64,000 nt of DNA. Origin: Escherichia coli (GTDB lineage Bacteria; Pseudomonadota; Gammaproteobacteria; Enterobacterales; Enterobacteriaceae). Shown here in pieces: positions 46,656 to 60,378 of the stretch. Under the pieces are notes generated by a model. That model searched no databases. It saw only the letters and a program-made list of their open reading frames with translations, and was not told the DNA's origin. The first letter of the stretch is position 1, and each line of letters opens with the position of its first letter. The stretch lies in NCBI RefSeq assembly GCF_003334335.1, contig NZ_QOWQ01000029.1; one strand, given 5' to 3'. Position numbers and translations under genes: made by a program.

Positions 46656-47447
46656 TTAGCTGATTAACTGCTGGACAATTCGGCTGCCGAAGTAGGCCAG
46701 TGTCAGAATTACCGCGCCCGCAACGTTAAACCAGACGACGCGGCGTCCACGCCATCCTTCATGATAATGTCCCCACAGCAGCACAATATAGACAAACCAC
46801 GCCACGATAGAGAGCACAGCCTTGTCGATATTTTCCATGCTAAATAAGTTGTGCATGTAGAACAGGCCAGTGCAAAGCGTGAGCGTTAGCAGCACCACGC
46901 CAATCTGCGTGATGTGGAACATTTTACGCTCGATACTCATCAATGGCGGCATTTCCTGGTTAAACGCCAGCTTCTTGTTCTTCAGTTGGTAATCAATCCA
47001 CGCCAGTTGCAGCGCGTACAGGGCGGCGATAATTAGCGTGGCATAGGAAAAGAGCGATAAGCCAATGTGCACCAGCATCCCAGGCGTAGCTTCCAGATGG
47101 GTGATGTATTCATTGGGCATGAAGGTTGCCAGCGCCAGGTTGATAAGCGCAAAGGCATAGACAATGGGTAGCAGCAGCCAGCCACGATTGCGAGAAGCCA
47201 CAATGGTCATTACCGTACAGATCATCAAACTGACCAATGAACCAACGTTCAGCAGGCTGAGGTTTTGTCCGCTATCACCGTCGGGCAGGATGCGGGCTTC
47301 CAGAGCGATTGCGTGGCAGACCAGCGCAATGACCGCAGAAATAATAGCCATGCGCCGCCAGCCGCCGTTTTTTTGCAGCAGACCGGGAACAATCAGCGCA
47401 AGACTGACGGAGTAGGCGACAAGCGCGAGCAGAGCAAAAACGGGCAT
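46656..47447 (-). CDS. ypjD: Cytochrome c assembly-family inner membrane protein YpjD
   Basis: ORF 46656..47522; start moved to an internal Met to give 263 aa (start uncertain). Confidence 0.75.
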   Translation of the reverse strand: MPVFALLALVAYSVSLALIVPGLLQKNGGWRRMAIISAVIALVCHAIALEARILPDGDSGQNLSLLNVGSLVSLMICTVMTIVASRNRGWLLLPIVYAFALINLALATFMPNEYITHLEATPGMLVHIGLSLFSYATLIIAALYALQLAWIDYQLKNKKLAFNQEMPPLMSIERKMFHITQIGVVLLTLTLCTGLFYMHNLFSMENIDKAVLSIVAWFVYIVLLWGHYHEGWRGRRVVWFNVAGAVILTLAYFGSRIVQQLIS

Positions 47448-47613
47448 AGTGATGTCGACAGTTTGAGCAATAAGAAAGAGAAGCAGTATAGCGTCAGGTG
47501 AACGCTGCTCCAACCGTTGCATAACAACAAAGACGCCTTCATGTTATACTGCGGCAAAATACTGATGATGTGTCGCGATTGCGGCCAACCGTTTCCACCC
47601 CAGGCGAGAGACA

Positions 47614-48975
47614 ATGTTTGATAATTTAACCGATCGTTTGTCGCGCACGCTGCGCAATATCAGTGGCCGTGGACGCCTCACTGAAGACAACGTAAAAGAT
47701 ACGCTGCGCGAAGTGCGCATGGCGCTGCTGGAGGCGGACGTAGCTCTGCCGGTAGTGCGTGAGTTTATCAATCGCGTAAAAGAGAAAGCGGTTGGTCATG
47801 AAGTTAATAAGAGCCTGACGCCGGGGCAGGAGTTCGTCAAAATAGTCCGTAACGAACTGGTTGCGGCGATGGGCGAAGAGAACCAGACCCTGAACCTGGC
47901 TGCGCAACCGCCTGCGGTCGTACTGATGGCGGGCCTGCAAGGTGCCGGTAAAACAACCAGCGTTGGTAAACTCGGTAAGTTCCTGCGCGAGAAGCACAAG
48001 AAGAAAGTGCTGGTGGTTTCTGCCGACGTTTATCGCCCGGCGGCAATCAAACAGCTTGAGACGCTGGCAGAGCAGGTGGGCGTTGATTTCTTCCCTTCTG
48101 ATGTTGGTCAGAAGCCGGTAGATATCGTTAACGCGGCGCTGAAAGAAGCCAAACTGAAATTCTACGACGTGCTGCTGGTGGATACCGCTGGTCGTCTGCA
48201 CGTTGACGAAGCGATGATGGACGAGATCAAACAAGTCCATGCGTCGATTAACCCGGTTGAAACCCTGTTTGTGGTTGACGCCATGACCGGTCAGGATGCG
48301 GCCAATACGGCAAAAGCATTCAATGAAGCGTTACCGCTTACCGGCGTAGTGTTGACCAAAGTGGACGGCGATGCCCGCGGCGGTGCGGCGCTCTCTATTC
48401 GTCACATCACTGGCAAACCGATCAAGTTCCTCGGTGTTGGCGAGAAAACTGAGGCGCTGGAGCCGTTCCATCCGGACCGCATCGCGTCGCGTATTCTCGG
48501 CATGGGCGACGTACTGTCGCTGATCGAAGATATCGAAAGCAAAGTTGACCGCGCGCAGGCAGAGAAATTAGCCAGCAAGCTGAAAAAAGGTGACGGCTTC
48601 GATCTCAACGACTTTCTTGAGCAGCTGCGCCAGATGAAAAATATGGGCGGCATGGCTAGTCTGATGGGCAAGCTGCCGGGCATGGGGCAGATCCCGGATA
48701 ACGTCAAGTCACAGATGGACGATAAAGTGCTGGTGCGTATGGAAGCCATCATCAACTCGATGACGATGAAAGAGCGCGCTAAGCCAGAAATCATCAAAGG
48801 TTCGCGTAAACGCCGTATTGCTGCCGGTTGCGGTATGCAGGTGCAGGACGTTAACCGTCTTCTGAAACAGTTCGACGACATGCAGCGCATGATGAAGAAA
48901 ATGAAGAAGGGCGGAATGGCGAAGATGATGAGAAGCATGAAGGGTATGATGCCCCCAGGCTTCCCTGGTCGCTAA
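47614..48975 (+). CDS. ffh: Signal recognition particle protein Ffh
   Basis: 453-aa ORF, GTPase motifs, Met-rich C-terminal M domain. Confidence 0.96.
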   Translation: MFDNLTDRLSRTLRNISGRGRLTEDNVKDTLREVRMALLEADVALPVVREFINRVKEKAVGHEVNKSLTPGQEFVKIVRNELVAAMGEENQTLNLAAQPPAVVLMAGLQGAGKTTSVGKLGKFLREKHKKKVLVVSADVYRPAAIKQLETLAEQVGVDFFPSDVGQKPVDIVNAALKEAKLKFYDVLLVDTAGRLHVDEAMMDEIKQVHASINPVETLFVVDAMTGQDAANTAKAFNEALPLTGVVLTKVDGDARGGAALSIRHITGKPIKFLGVGEKTEALEPFHPDRIASRILGMGDVLSLIEDIESKVDRAQAEKLASKLKKGDGFDLNDFLEQLRQMKNMGGMASLMGKLPGMGQIPDNVKSQMDDKVLVRMEAIINSMTMKERAKPEIIKGSRKRRIAAGCGMQVQDVNRLLKQFDDMQRMMKKMKKGGMAKMMRSMKGMMPPGFPGR

Positions 48976-49145
48976 TCGGCCTGGCTTGTTTGCCATTTTG
49001 GCACCGGGATGTGCTCGTCATCCTCACGTACTGCGTGTACGCTCCGGTGACTGCGCGCACTCCGGCACCAAACTGGCTGCACCGCCGACGGCCTTTTACA
49101 GCAGAGTTAGCAACTGTTGATTGCAATTCCCGCAAAAATGAGTAA

Positions 49146-49472
<327 letters not shown>

Positions 49473-49490
49473 TCTGTCACGGTGGTCATG

Positions 49491-50039
49491 ATGAGCAAAC
49501 AACTCACCGCGCAAGCACCTGTTGATCCCATCGTTTTGGGAAAAATGGGTTCGTCTTACGGTATTCGTGGGTGGCTCAGAGTGTTTTCTTCCACCGAAGA
49601 CGCCGAAAGCATTTTTGACTATCAGCCCTGGTTTATCCAGAAGGCGGGTCAGTGGCAGCAAGTCCAGCTGGAAAGCTGGAAGCACCACAATCAGGACATG
49701 ATCATCAAGCTGAAAGGCGTTGACGATCGTGATGCGGCGAACCTGCTGACGAATTGTGAAATTGTCGTGGATTCATCGCAGCTGCCTCAGCTTGAAGAGG
49801 GGGACTACTACTGGAAAGACCTGATGGGCTGCCAGGTAGTAACCACTGAAGGCTACGATCTCGGTAAAGTCGTCGATATGATGGAAACCGGATCTAATGA
49901 CGTTCTCGTCATTAAGGCAAACCTGAAAGATGCGTTTGGTATCAAGGAACGTCTCGTACCGTTCCTCGATGGGCAGGTTATCAAGAAAGTCGATCTCACT
50001 ACTCGTTCAATCGAAGTAGATTGGGATCCTGGTTTTTAA
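49491..50039 (+). CDS. rimM: Ribosome maturation factor RimM
   Basis: ORF 49482..50039; start moved to [13 protein letters not shown]. Confidence 0.93.
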
Positions 50040-50069
50040 ACCACCGGATAAACGGTAAAAGACGGCGCT

Positions 50070-50837
50070 ATGTGGATTGGCATAATTAGCCTGTTTCCTG
50101 AAATGTTCCGCGCAATTACCGATTACGGGGTAACTGGCCGGGCAGTTAAAAATGGCCTGCTGAGCATCCAGAGCTGGAGTCCTCGCGACTTCACGCATGA
50201 CCGGCACCGTACCGTGGACGATCGTCCTTACGGCGGCGGACCGGGGATGTTAATGATGGTGCAACCCTTGCGGGACGCCATTCATGCAGCAAAAGCCGCG
50301 GCGGGTGAAGGCGCAAAGGTGATTTATCTGTCACCACAGGGACGCAAGCTTGATCAAGCGGGCGTCAGCGAACTGGCAACGAATCAAAAATTGATTCTGG
50401 TGTGCGGTCGCTACGAAGGTATAGATGAGCGCGTGATCCAAACCGAAATTGACGAAGAATGGTCAATCGGCGATTACGTTCTCAGTGGTGGTGAGTTACC
50501 AGCAATGACGCTGATTGACTCCGTTTCCCGGTTTATTCCGGGAGTACTGGGACATGAAGCCTCGGCAACGGAAGATTCCTTTGCTGAAGGATTGCTGGAT
50601 TGCCCGCACTATACGCGGCCTGAGGTGTTAGAAGGGATGGAAGTTCCGCCAGTGTTACTGTCGGGCAACCATGCCGAGATACGTCGCTGGCGTTTGAAAC
50701 AGTCGCTGGGCCGTACCTGGCTTAGAAGACCTGAACTTCTGGAAAACCTGGCTCTGACTGAAGAGCAAGCAAGGTTGCTGGCGGAGTTCAAAACGGAACA
50801 CGCACAACAGCAACATAAACATGATGGGATGGCGTAA
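50070..50837 (+). CDS. trmD: tRNA (guanine37-N1)-methyltransferase
   Basis: 255-aa [16 protein letters not shown]. Confidence 0.96.
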
Positions 50838-50875
50838 GCCCCCGAGATATCAGTTTACCCAGGATAAGAGATTAA

Positions 50876-51226
<351 letters not shown>

Positions 51227-51256
51227 GATTTCGCTTAAGCGACATCCTGTTAAGAA

Positions 51257-51285
51257 GGGCTGGCCAATTGGCTGGCCCTTTTTTA
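51257..51285. terminator. Rho-independent terminator after rplS
   Basis: GGGCTGGCCAATTGGCTGGCCC followed by TTTTTTAT. Confidence 0.75.
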
Positions 51286-51301
51286 TCTGTTTGCTGGTGT
51301 T

Positions 51302-51784
51302 TTAAGGGGTAGTAATCACCACTGCGACGCGGCGGTTCTCGGCGCGGCCCTGGGCGGTCTTGTTACTGGCTATGGGATATTTTTTTCCTAAACCCTGTGT
51401 GGTGAGATTGCTGCGTGGAATTTGTCCACCCATAGCCCATGCATCGGCCACGACATTCGCCCGTTTCAATGATAAGCCTTCGTTGTAACTGTCTTCACCA
51501 TAGTTATCGGTGTGTCCATCCATACGGGCATGTGTTAGCCCTGTCGAGGCCAATTTAGCTGCCATGGTTTGGATCTGTTGCTGGCTTTCCGGGAGCAATT
51601 TGTAGTCATTTTTTGCGAACAGAATGGCATCTGATAAGCCCAGCGACCAGTCGCCGGCGGATTCAGTAAATCCATAAGATTGCATAGCGGCGACTTGCTC
51701 AGGAGTAAACTTTCCCTGAGGGGACTGGCAGCCAGTCAGTATTAGTGAGGTGAAAACCAGGGGTGCTACCAGGTGCTTTATCAT
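51302..51784 (-). CDS. yfiB: OmpA-family outer membrane lipoprotein YfiB
   Basis: 160-aa ORF, lipobox LTGC, OmpA-like C-terminus. Confidence 0.9.
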   Translation of the reverse strand: MIKHLVAPLVFTSLILTGCQSPQGKFTPEQVAAMQSYGFTESAGDWSLGLSDAILFAKNDYKLLPESQQQIQTMAAKLASTGLTHARMDGHTDNYGEDSYNEGLSLKRANVVADAWAMGGQIPRSNLTTQGLGKKYPIASNKTAQGRAENRRVAVVITTP

Positions 51785-51799
51785 ATCGATATATCCTTG

Positions 51800-53026
51800 T
51801 TATCTCACCAGCTTTTCGGCACGCTGGTGTTTGGCCTGATACATATTGTGATCGGCAAGCTCTTGTAATTTTTCCGCAGAGGCGTGCTCAATGGTCATCG
51901 CGTAACCAATGCTTAATGTCATGGTGGTCTGATGGCCATTATGAAGATCAAACGGGAGATTAAAGATTTGTGTCAGTGCTGAACATATCTGCTGCACTTC
52001 AGATTCCGACTGTACATCATAGAGCACCATAGCGAATTCATCGCCGCCCAGGCGGTATGCTTTATGTCGCAGCCCGCCAAATTCAGCTAACCGTTTTGCG
52101 ATTTCAATCAAGACTCTATCGCCCGTCGCATGACCCCAGGTATCATTGATGTATTTGAAATTATCGCCATCAAGAAATAGTAACGCCGACGTTTTTCGGG
52201 CATCGGAATTGTTCATCAACGTGTTGATGCCGCTACGAAACGCTGCGCGGTTAGCCAGCCCGGTTAATGGGTCATGTAGCGCGGTACGTAGAAGCTGCGC
52301 ATTTTTAGCCTGTAAACGAAGCTGCCACTCTTCCATTTCATCCAGCAGACTGTTGAAGTCGAGAGCGAAGCGGTGAAACTCAGCGATACGTTCTTCCGAA
52401 ACTCGTCGGGAAAAATTGCGGTTGGAACGCACATCATGTACGACATCGGTGATATTTTTCAGCGCTTCTACCAGGCCATTGTGCAAATGGCGGGTGAGGG
52501 TAATTGCGATGCCTGATGCCAGCAGAATACAACCGGTCAGTACGGCGAGCGAAAACCAGATAAAATGGCTGATTGAACTGTCGCGAGCGGTTAAGCGTAC
52601 TTCGCCAATGGTTTCACCATTGTGACGAATCGGCTGAATGATGGGGGCAGGGAAGAGCCAGTGGCTTATGAAATTACTGAAAGTATCGCCTGGATCCTTA
52701 CGGGTGTAATGCCAGGATGCCAGAATATTTTGCTGCTTATCACGTACTTCTGCAGTTGAAAATTGCCCTTGCTGGCCCAGCGCTGCCAGTGTTTCAGTTG
52801 CTGCAGGGCCATCGGCAAAAACGACAGCTGCTTCCAGACTGTAAGTCATTGTTGCTGCTGTCAGTGCCAGGTTTTTTTGCGCGTACTGTTTCAGGGTCAG
52901 CACCGAGGTCACGGAAAGCAGCAACCAGATCAGCATCATAGTGATAAATATGCTGGTCATACTGATGTTGCGTAATGCTCTTTTAAACGTGGGGCGCTTA
53001 TTAAGAGAATTATCGTTATCCATCAT
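51800..53026 (-). CDS. dgcN: Diguanylate cyclase DgcN (YfiN)
   Basis: 408-aa ORF with TM/HAMP region and a GGDEF domain (RLGGDEF). Confidence 0.9.
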
Positions 53027-53534
53027 TTTTCTTCCGTGCGAGCATTAAGACATCCGGGTTGACCTTTACACCGCTACGCGATAAGGCATCCAGGTTTACG
53101 GCAAATCTGACGTCATTATTGTGGATGATCAGACAAAAGGCGCTACCAATAATGCACTCGGTATTTTGTTCGGCAATTAATAATAACGCCTTTGACGGAT
53201 ATTGTTCGGTTAATTCCATCTGGAATGTCGGTGACTCGTTGCCAAAATAAAAACCATTGCAGCCTGAAATCATCGCCTCTTGTTGAGTGTGAATGATGAC
53301 AGGCAGATAAGGCAAAGATGTCGCGGCATTCTCTTGTAGGGCGGTACTAAAACGTGAAGATGAAAAGATACATAACTTTGGTGGCCCTGATAGCGCAGGC
53401 CAGCGGGTGTAACTGACAATACCGGAAACCATCATACGCACGTTTTTCGCAACGTCAGAAGGCTCCTGAGCGAGTATTGGTGCTCCCGTCAGCAGGAGAA
53501 TCAGAAGTAAGAACAGTCGGTGAGAAAAACGCAT
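53016..53534 (-). CDS. yfiR: Periplasmic repressor of DgcN, YfiR
   Basis: 172-aa ORF with signal peptide; overlaps the dgcN start. Confidence 0.9.
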
Positions 53535-53683
53535 TCAGGGATCCCCACCATCTTCGCTCGAAATGCATCGATATTTTTTCAGAATGCTCATTAAAATATC
53601 ATTTTTTCATGCGACCGTCATCAATGTGAGAAATAAAACACAATGAGTAAAATCTTATGTTTAATTTATTTGTGGGGTTTTAA

Positions 53684-54049
53684 TTAATTTAATCGTATTG
53701 TGCTGGCATTTTCATCAGCCCCTTTTTGCCATACTTCATGCAGTTGGCTGGCATTTTCAACATTGTTGCAGCTGGCAGGAAAGCTTTTACCGGAAAGTCC
53801 TCGGGCATAAGTAAAATCGGTCTGGCAAGTTTTCTTTTGTCCTTCGGCATATCCTTTAAGGTATAGACCGCGATCCGCCTGTGAATCGCTAAATGCATCG
53901 TCATCTTTTATGGCGCTGCCCGATATCGCATCTTCCATACCGACATCATACCAGTCGGTGCTGGTCAAGGTTGGCGCGTGAGTATAAGGATCAATCTGAC
54001 ATCCGCTAACCAGTAAAGCCAACAAGGGGGCGATAAACTTTTTCATCAT
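53684..54049 (-). CDS. yfiL: Lipoprotein YfiL
   Basis: ORF 53684..54088; start moved to MMKKFIAPLLALLVSGC (lipobox). Confidence 0.75.
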   Translation of the reverse strand: MMKKFIAPLLALLVSGCQIDPYTHAPTLTSTDWYDVGMEDAISGSAIKDDDAFSDSQADRGLYLKGYAEGQKKTCQTDFTYARGLSGKSFPASCNNVENASQLHEVWQKGADENASTIRLN

Positions 54050-54258
54050 TTCTTTCTCCTTTTTCAAAGCATAGCGGATTGTTTTCAAAGGGAGTGTAAA
54101 TTTATCTATACAGAGGTAAGGGTTGAAAGCGCGACTAAATTGCCTGTGTAAATAAAAATGTACGAAATATGGATTGAAAACTTTACTTTATGTGTTATCG
54201 TTACGTCATCCTCGCTGAGGATCAACTATCGCAAACGAGCATAAACAGGATCGCCATC

Positions 54259-55329
54259 ATGCAAAAAGACGCGCTGAATAACGTACATATTACCGACGAA
54301 CAGGTTTTAATGACTCCGGAACAACTGAAGGCCGCTTTTCCATTGAGCCTGCAACAAGAAGCCCAGATTGCTGACTCGCGTAAAAGCATTTCAGATATTA
54401 TCGCCGGGCGCGATCCTCGTCTGCTGGTAGTATGTGGTCCTTGTTCCATTCATGATCCGGAAACTGCTCTGGAATATGCTCGTCGATTTAAAGCCCTTGC
54501 CGCAGAGGTCAGCGATAGCCTCTATCTGGTAATGCGCGTCTATTTTGAAAAACCCCGTACCACTGTCGGCTGGAAAGGGTTAATTAACGATCCCCATATG
54601 GATGGCTCTTTTGATGTAGAAGCCGGGCTGCAGATCGCGCGTAAATTGCTGCTTGAGCTGGTGAATATGGGACTGCCACTGGCGACGGAAGCGTTAGATC
54701 CGAATAGCCCGCAATACCTGGGCGATCTGTTTAGCTGGTCAGCAATTGGTGCTCGTACAACGGAATCGCAAACTCACCGTGAAATGGCCTCCGGGCTTTC
54801 CATGCCGGTTGGTTTTAAAAACGGCACCGACGGCAGTCTGGCAACAGCAATTAACGCTATGCGCGCCGCCGCCCAGCCGCACCGTTTTGTTGGCATTAAC
54901 CAGGCAGGGCAGGTTGCGTTGCTACAAACTCAGGGGAATCCGGACGGCCATGTGATCCTGCGCGGTGGTAAAGCGCCGAACTATAGCCCTGCGGATGTTG
55001 CGCAATGTGAAAAAGAGATGGAACAGGCGGGACTGCGCCCGTCTCTGATGGTAGATTGCAGCCACGGTAATTCCAATAAAGATTATCGCCGTCAGCCTGC
55101 GGTGGCAGAATCCGTGGTTGCTCAAATCAAAGATGGCAATCGCTCAATTATTGGTCTGATGATCGAAAGTAATATCCACGAGGGCAATCAGTCTTCCGAG
55201 CAACCGCGCAGTGAAATGAAATACGGTGTATCCGTAACCGATGCCTGCATTAGCTGGGAAATGACCGATGCCTTGCTGCGTGAAATTCATCAGGATCTGA
55301 ACGGGCAGCTGACGGCTCGCGTGGCTTAA
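54259..55329 (+). CDS. aroF: DAHP synthase, Tyr-sensitive
   Basis: ORF 54190..55329; start moved to [15 protein letters not shown]. Confidence 0.93.
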   Translation: MQKDALNNVHITDEQVLMTPEQLKAAFPLSLQQEAQIADSRKSISDIIAGRDPRLLVVCGPCSIHDPETALEYARRFKALAAEVSDSLYLVMRVYFEKPRTTVGWKGLINDPHMDGSFDVEAGLQIARKLLLELVNMGLPLATEALDPNSPQYLGDLFSWSAIGARTTESQTHREMASGLSMPVGFKNGTDGSLATAINAMRAAAQPHRFVGINQAGQVALLQTQGNPDGHVILRGGKAPNYSPADVAQCEKEMEQAGLRPSLMVDCSHGNSNKDYRRQPAVAESVVAQIKDGNRSIIGLMIESNIHEGNQSSEQPRSEMKYGVSVTDACISWEMTDALLREIHQDLNGQLTARVA

Positions 55330-55339
55330 GAGGTTTATT

Positions 55340-56461
55340 ATGGTTGCTGAATTGACCGCATTACGCGATCAAATTGATGAAGTCGATAAAGCGCTGCTGA
55401 ATTTATTAGCGAAGCGTCTGGAACTGGTTGCTGAAGTGGGCGAGGTGAAAAGCCGCTTTGGACTGCCTATTTATGTTCCGGAGCGCGAGGCATCTATGTT
55501 GGCCTCGCGTCGTGCAGAGGCGGAAGCTCTGGGTGTACCGCCAGATCTGATTGAGGATGTTTTGCGTCGGGTGATGCGTGAATCTTACTCCAGTGAAAAC
55601 GACAAAGGATTTAAAACACTTTGTCCGTCACTGCGTCCGGTGGTTATCGTCGGCGGTGGCGGTCAGATGGGACGCCTGTTCGAGAAGATGCTGACCCTCT
55701 CGGGTTATCAGGTGCGGATTCTGGAGCAACATGATTGGGATCGAGCGGCTGATATTGTTGCCGATGCCGGAATGGTGATTGTTAGTGTGCCAATCCACGT
55801 TACTGAGCAAGTTATTGGCAAATTACCGCCTTTACCGAAAGATTGTATTCTGGTCGATCTGGCATCAGTGAAAAATGGGCCATTACAGGCCATGCTGGTG
55901 GCGCATGATGGTCCGGTGCTGGGGCTACACCCGATGTTCGGTCCGGACAGCGGTAGCCTGGCAAAGCAAGTTGTGGTCTGGTGTGATGGACGTAAACCGG
56001 AAGCATACCAATGGTTTCTGGAGCAAATTCAGGTCTGGGGCGCTCGGCTGCATCGTATTAGCGCCGTCGAGCACGATCAGAATATGGCGTTTATTCAGGC
56101 ACTGCGCCACTTTGCTACTTTTGCTTACGGGCTGCACCTGGCAGAAGAAAATGTTCAGCTTGAGCAACTTCTGGCGCTCTCTTCGCCGATTTACCGCCTT
56201 GAGCTGGCGATGGTCGGGCGACTGTTTGCTCAGGATCCGCAGCTTTATGCCGACATCATTATGTCGTCAGAGCGTAATCTGGCGTTAATCAAACGTTACT
56301 ATAAGCGTTTCGGCGAGGCGATTGAGTTGCTGGAGCAGGGCGATAAGCAGGCGTTTATTGACAGTTTCCGCAAGGTGGAGCACTGGTTCGGCGATTACGC
56401 ACAGCGTTTTCAGAGTGAAAGCCGCGTGTTATTGCGTCAGGCGAATGACAATCGCCAGTAA
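55340..56461 (+). CDS. tyrA: Chorismate mutase / prephenate dehydrogenase (T-protein)
   Basis: 373-aa [20 protein letters not shown]. Confidence 0.95.
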   Translation: MVAELTALRDQIDEVDKALLNLLAKRLELVAEVGEVKSRFGLPIYVPEREASMLASRRAEAEALGVPPDLIEDVLRRVMRESYSSENDKGFKTLCPSLRPVVIVGGGGQMGRLFEKMLTLSGYQVRILEQHDWDRAADIVADAGMVIVSVPIHVTEQVIGKLPPLPKDCILVDLASVKNGPLQAMLVAHDGPVLGLHPMFGPDSGSLAKQVVVWCDGRKPEAYQWFLEQIQVWGARLHRISAVEHDQNMAFIQALRHFATFAYGLHLAEENVQLEQLLALSSPIYRLELAMVGRLFAQDPQLYADIIMSSERNLALIKRYYKRFGEAIELLEQGDKQAFIDSFRKVEHWFGDYAQRFQSESRVLLRQANDNRQ

Positions 56462-56503
56462 TAATCCAGTGCCGGATGATTCACATCATCCGGCACCTTT
56501 TCA

Positions 56504-57664
56504 TCAGGTTGGATCAACAGGCACTACGTTCTCACTTGGGTAACAGCCCAATACCTTCATTGAACGGGTGATTTCCCCTAACTCTTTCAATGCTTTTTGC
56601 ATTTCCGCTGATTCAAGATTGGCCTGAATATCCAGATAGAACATCTCTTCCCATGGATTACCGTGAATCGGGCGTGATTCCAGACGGGTCATAATCAGAT
56701 TGTGGTTGCGCAGTACCAGCAACGCTTCAACCAGCGCACCGGCTTGTTGCCCGGTCGCCATTAACAACGTGGTTTTCGCCGGAACCTGATCAGACACGTT
56801 AATGGCTTTACGCGCCAACACCACAAATCGGGTGAAGTTTTGTCGCTGATTTGCTTCAATACGCTCCAGTACCTGCAAACCGTACAAAGTGCCGCCAGCT
56901 TCGCTTCCCAACGCAGCAACATGCGGTGATTTTGCCTGTGCAACCTTTTCCATTGCCGCAGACGTACTTTCGGTATATTCAATCTTCCAGTGCGGATAAC
57001 GATTAAGGAATTTGCTGCATTGCTGGAATGGCTGCGGATGGCTGTAGACCGTATTGATGGTGGATAAATCAGTAGTGCCGGAGACCAACAAACAATGGTC
57101 GATAGTTAACGTCATCTCGCCAACAATCGACAAGCTGGTATGTTGCAGCAGATCGTAAACGTCGTTTATGGCACCGGAGCTGGTATTTTCAATCGGTACG
57201 ACGGCATAGTCGGCCTGGCCGGTTTCCACCTGATTAAAAATATCGGCAAATTTGGCGCAGCCACTTTCAATGAATTGCTCAAAGTGACGGGCAGCATACT
57301 GGCGCGCCGCAAGATGGGAATAAGAACCTTTGGGGCCGAGAAAAGCGATGCGTGCTGAGTGCGGATTAATTTTATTGAGATGTTGTTGGAGCAAAGCCTG
57401 CTGAGTTAATACGGAATCTTCAATGATGAGCTGGAACAGGCGAGTAATGTAATGGGCGTCCAGATGGTGCGCTTTACCGAGCGTAATTAATCTTTCCAGC
57501 AAATCGCGTTCACGATCAATATCACGTACCGGGCGATGCGAGAGCAGTTTGGCTTTTCCCACCTCGACGGCCAGTTCGCGCCGTTCTGCCAGTAACGCTA
57601 ATAATTTTTCATCCAGCGCGCTGATTTTCTCTCGCAGCGCCAGTAACGGGTTTTCCGATGTCAT
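56504..57664 (-). CDS. pheA: Chorismate mutase / prephenate dehydratase (P-protein)
   Basis: 386-aa [23 protein letters not shown]. Confidence 0.95.
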
Positions 57665-57684
57665 AGTGTTGCCTTTTTGTTATC

Positions 57685-57717
57685 AATAAAAAAGGCCCCC
57701 CGATTTGGGAGGCCTTA
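57685..57717 (-). terminator. pheA attenuator terminator
   Basis: Minus strand GGCCTCCCAAATCGGGGGGCCTTTTTTATT between pheL and pheA. Confidence 0.8.
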
Positions 57718-57762
57718 TTGTTCGTCTTCGCATTCTGTTTCACACGACGAAACGCCTCCCAT

Positions 57763-57810
57763 TCAGGGGAAGGTAAAAAAGAATGCGAAGAAAAACGGTA
57801 TGTGTTTCAT
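57763..57810 (-). CDS. pheL: pheA leader peptide
   Basis: Read directly from the sequence: ATGAAACACATACCGTTTTTCTTCGCATTCTTTTTTACCTTCCCCTGA = [15 protein letters not shown], Phe-rich. Confidence 0.85.
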
Positions 57811-57913
57811 GTTTGTTTCCTTAAGTGACTTTAGTACAGTACCCGTACTGTTTTCACGCTGTCAACAAAAAACGCGCCCGAAGGCGCGTTGGCGATACAC
57901 TCAATATAAAGGA

Positions 57914-58309
<396 letters not shown>

Positions 58310-58525
58310 TCAAAATGTGTGATGAAAATCTCATAATTTTGTCACTTTTTGTCAACGAATCTTTTTTGTGAGAAATCGCAGGAAGAGATGTTTTTTTACT
58401 TGAGGAATATCTCAAAGCGAGCCATATTTGATGAGATCGATAGCGACTAAATCGCTTCAGTTTCACAACTGACAGAATAAAAAAACGGCAGCTCAAGGGC
58501 TGCCGTTTTGTGTTTCAGGTTTCTG

Positions 58526-59263
58526 TTATGTATTGCTGCTGTTTGCGGCGATGATTTTCGCTACTTTTTCAGCTTGCGCATTCATCTGCATCTGACGGTA
58601 TGCATTTTCCATCAGCGGCAGCGCATCACGCGTAGCCTGGGTATCCGGGTAGTCGCGCAACATGCCTTCTACGCGGTTAACGACGGCAACCCATGCGCCA
58701 CGTTCTGTATAGTACTCGGCCACGGAGTATTCATATTTCGCCAGACGATCTTTCAGGAATACCAGACGTTTGGTGGCATCGGTGGTGTACTGACTGTTCG
58801 GATAGCCGCGCACCAGTTTGGAAAAGTCACTAAACGCAGCTCGTGCATGTTGAGGATCGCGATCGCTACGATCGACGCCAAAGAACCCTTGCAGCGCACT
58901 GTCATCCAGCGCCATATTGGTCAGGCCACGCATGTACATGACATAATCGATATTCGGATGGGTCGGGTTAAGGCGAATAAAACGATCGATAGCAGCCTGT
59001 GCTAACGGCAAATCGGCGTTTTTATAGTAGGCGTAGATGAGATCCAGCTGCACCTGCTGCGAATACGGACCAAACGGATAGCGATTATCTAACGCTTCCA
59101 GTTGCGTTATTGCCTGTCTCCAGTTACCGTCCTGCAGCTTTTGTTGTGCAGTCGCGTAAATTTCATTTGGCGGATTATCAGGTACTTCTTCCTTTGACCC
59201 CGAGCAACCCGCCAAAAACAGGCTTAGTGTGGCGGCTGCCACCAGATATTTCATGCGCGTCAT
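58526..59263 (-). CDS. bamD: Outer membrane protein assembly factor BamD (YfiO)
   Basis: 245-aa TPR lipoprotein, lipobox LAGC. Confidence 0.95.
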
Positions 59264-59397
59264 GACGTTTTGACTTTCCTCAAAATGTAATACGGGAGAT
59301 TCTCTGTTCCTGCTCCCGGTTAAGACCAGCTACAATAGCACACTATATTAAACGGCAAAGCCGTAAAACCCCAACGATAAACGAAGAAGCAGTATAT

Positions 59398-60378
59398 ATG
59401 GCACAACGAGTACAGCTCACTGCAACGGTGTCCGAAAACCAACTCGGTCAACGCTTAGATCAGGCTTTGGCCGAAATGTTCCCGGATTATTCACGTTCGC
59501 GAATAAAAGAATGGATCCTCGACCAGCGAGTGCTGGTTAACGGCAAAGTTTGTGATAAGCCGAAAGAAAAAGTATTGGGTGGCGAGCAGGTTGCCATCAA
59601 CGCTGAGATTGAAGAAGAAGCGCGTTTTGAACCGCAGGATATCCCGCTGGATATCGTCTATGAAGATGAAGACATTATTATCATTAATAAACCGCGCGAC
59701 CTGGTGGTACATCCTGGCGCGGGTAACCCGGATGGCACGGTACTGAATGCGTTGCTTCATTACTATCCACCCATTGCCGATGTACCGCGTGCGGGCATCG
59801 TCCATCGTCTGGATAAAGACACCACTGGCCTGATGGTTGTGGCAAAAACCGTTCCGGCTCAGACGCGTTTAGTCGAATCTTTGCAACGGCGTGAAATTAC
59901 TCGTGAGTATGAAGCGGTGGCGATTGGTCATATGACCGCAGGTGGCACGGTGGACGAGCCAATCAGTCGCCACCCGACCAAACGTACCCATATGGCGGTG
60001 CATCCGATGGGCAAACCAGCGGTGACTCACTATCGCATCATGGAACACTTCCGTGTGCACACGCGTCTGCGGTTGCGTCTGGAAACTGGACGTACGCACC
60101 AGATCCGCGTGCATATGGCCCATATCACTCATCCGCTGGTGGGCGATCCGGTTTATGGTGGCCGTCCGCGTCCGCCAAAAGGTGCTTCGGAAGCATTTAT
60201 CTCCACGCTGCGTAAGTTTGACCGCCAGGCGCTACATGCAACCATGCTGCGTCTTTATCACCCGATCTCCGGCATCGAAATGGAATGGCATGCGCCTATT
60301 CCACAAGATATGGTGGAGCTGATTGAGGTGATGCGCGCCGATTTCGAAGAACATAAGGATGAAGTGGACTGGTTATGA
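59398..60378 (+). CDS. rluD: 23S rRNA pseudouridine synthase RluD
   Basis: 326-aa ORF with S4 domain and HRLDKDTTG motif. Confidence 0.95.
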   Translation: MAQRVQLTATVSENQLGQRLDQALAEMFPDYSRSRIKEWILDQRVLVNGKVCDKPKEKVLGGEQVAINAEIEEEARFEPQDIPLDIVYEDEDIIIINKPRDLVVHPGAGNPDGTVLNALLHYYPPIADVPRAGIVHRLDKDTTGLMVVAKTVPAQTRLVESLQRREITREYEAVAIGHMTAGGTVDEPISRHPTKRTHMAVHPMGKPAVTHYRIMEHFRVHTRLRLRLETGRTHQIRVHMAHITHPLVGDPVYGGRPRPPKGASEAFISTLRKFDRQALHATMLRLYHPISGIEMEWHAPIPQDMVELIEVMRADFEEHKDEVDWL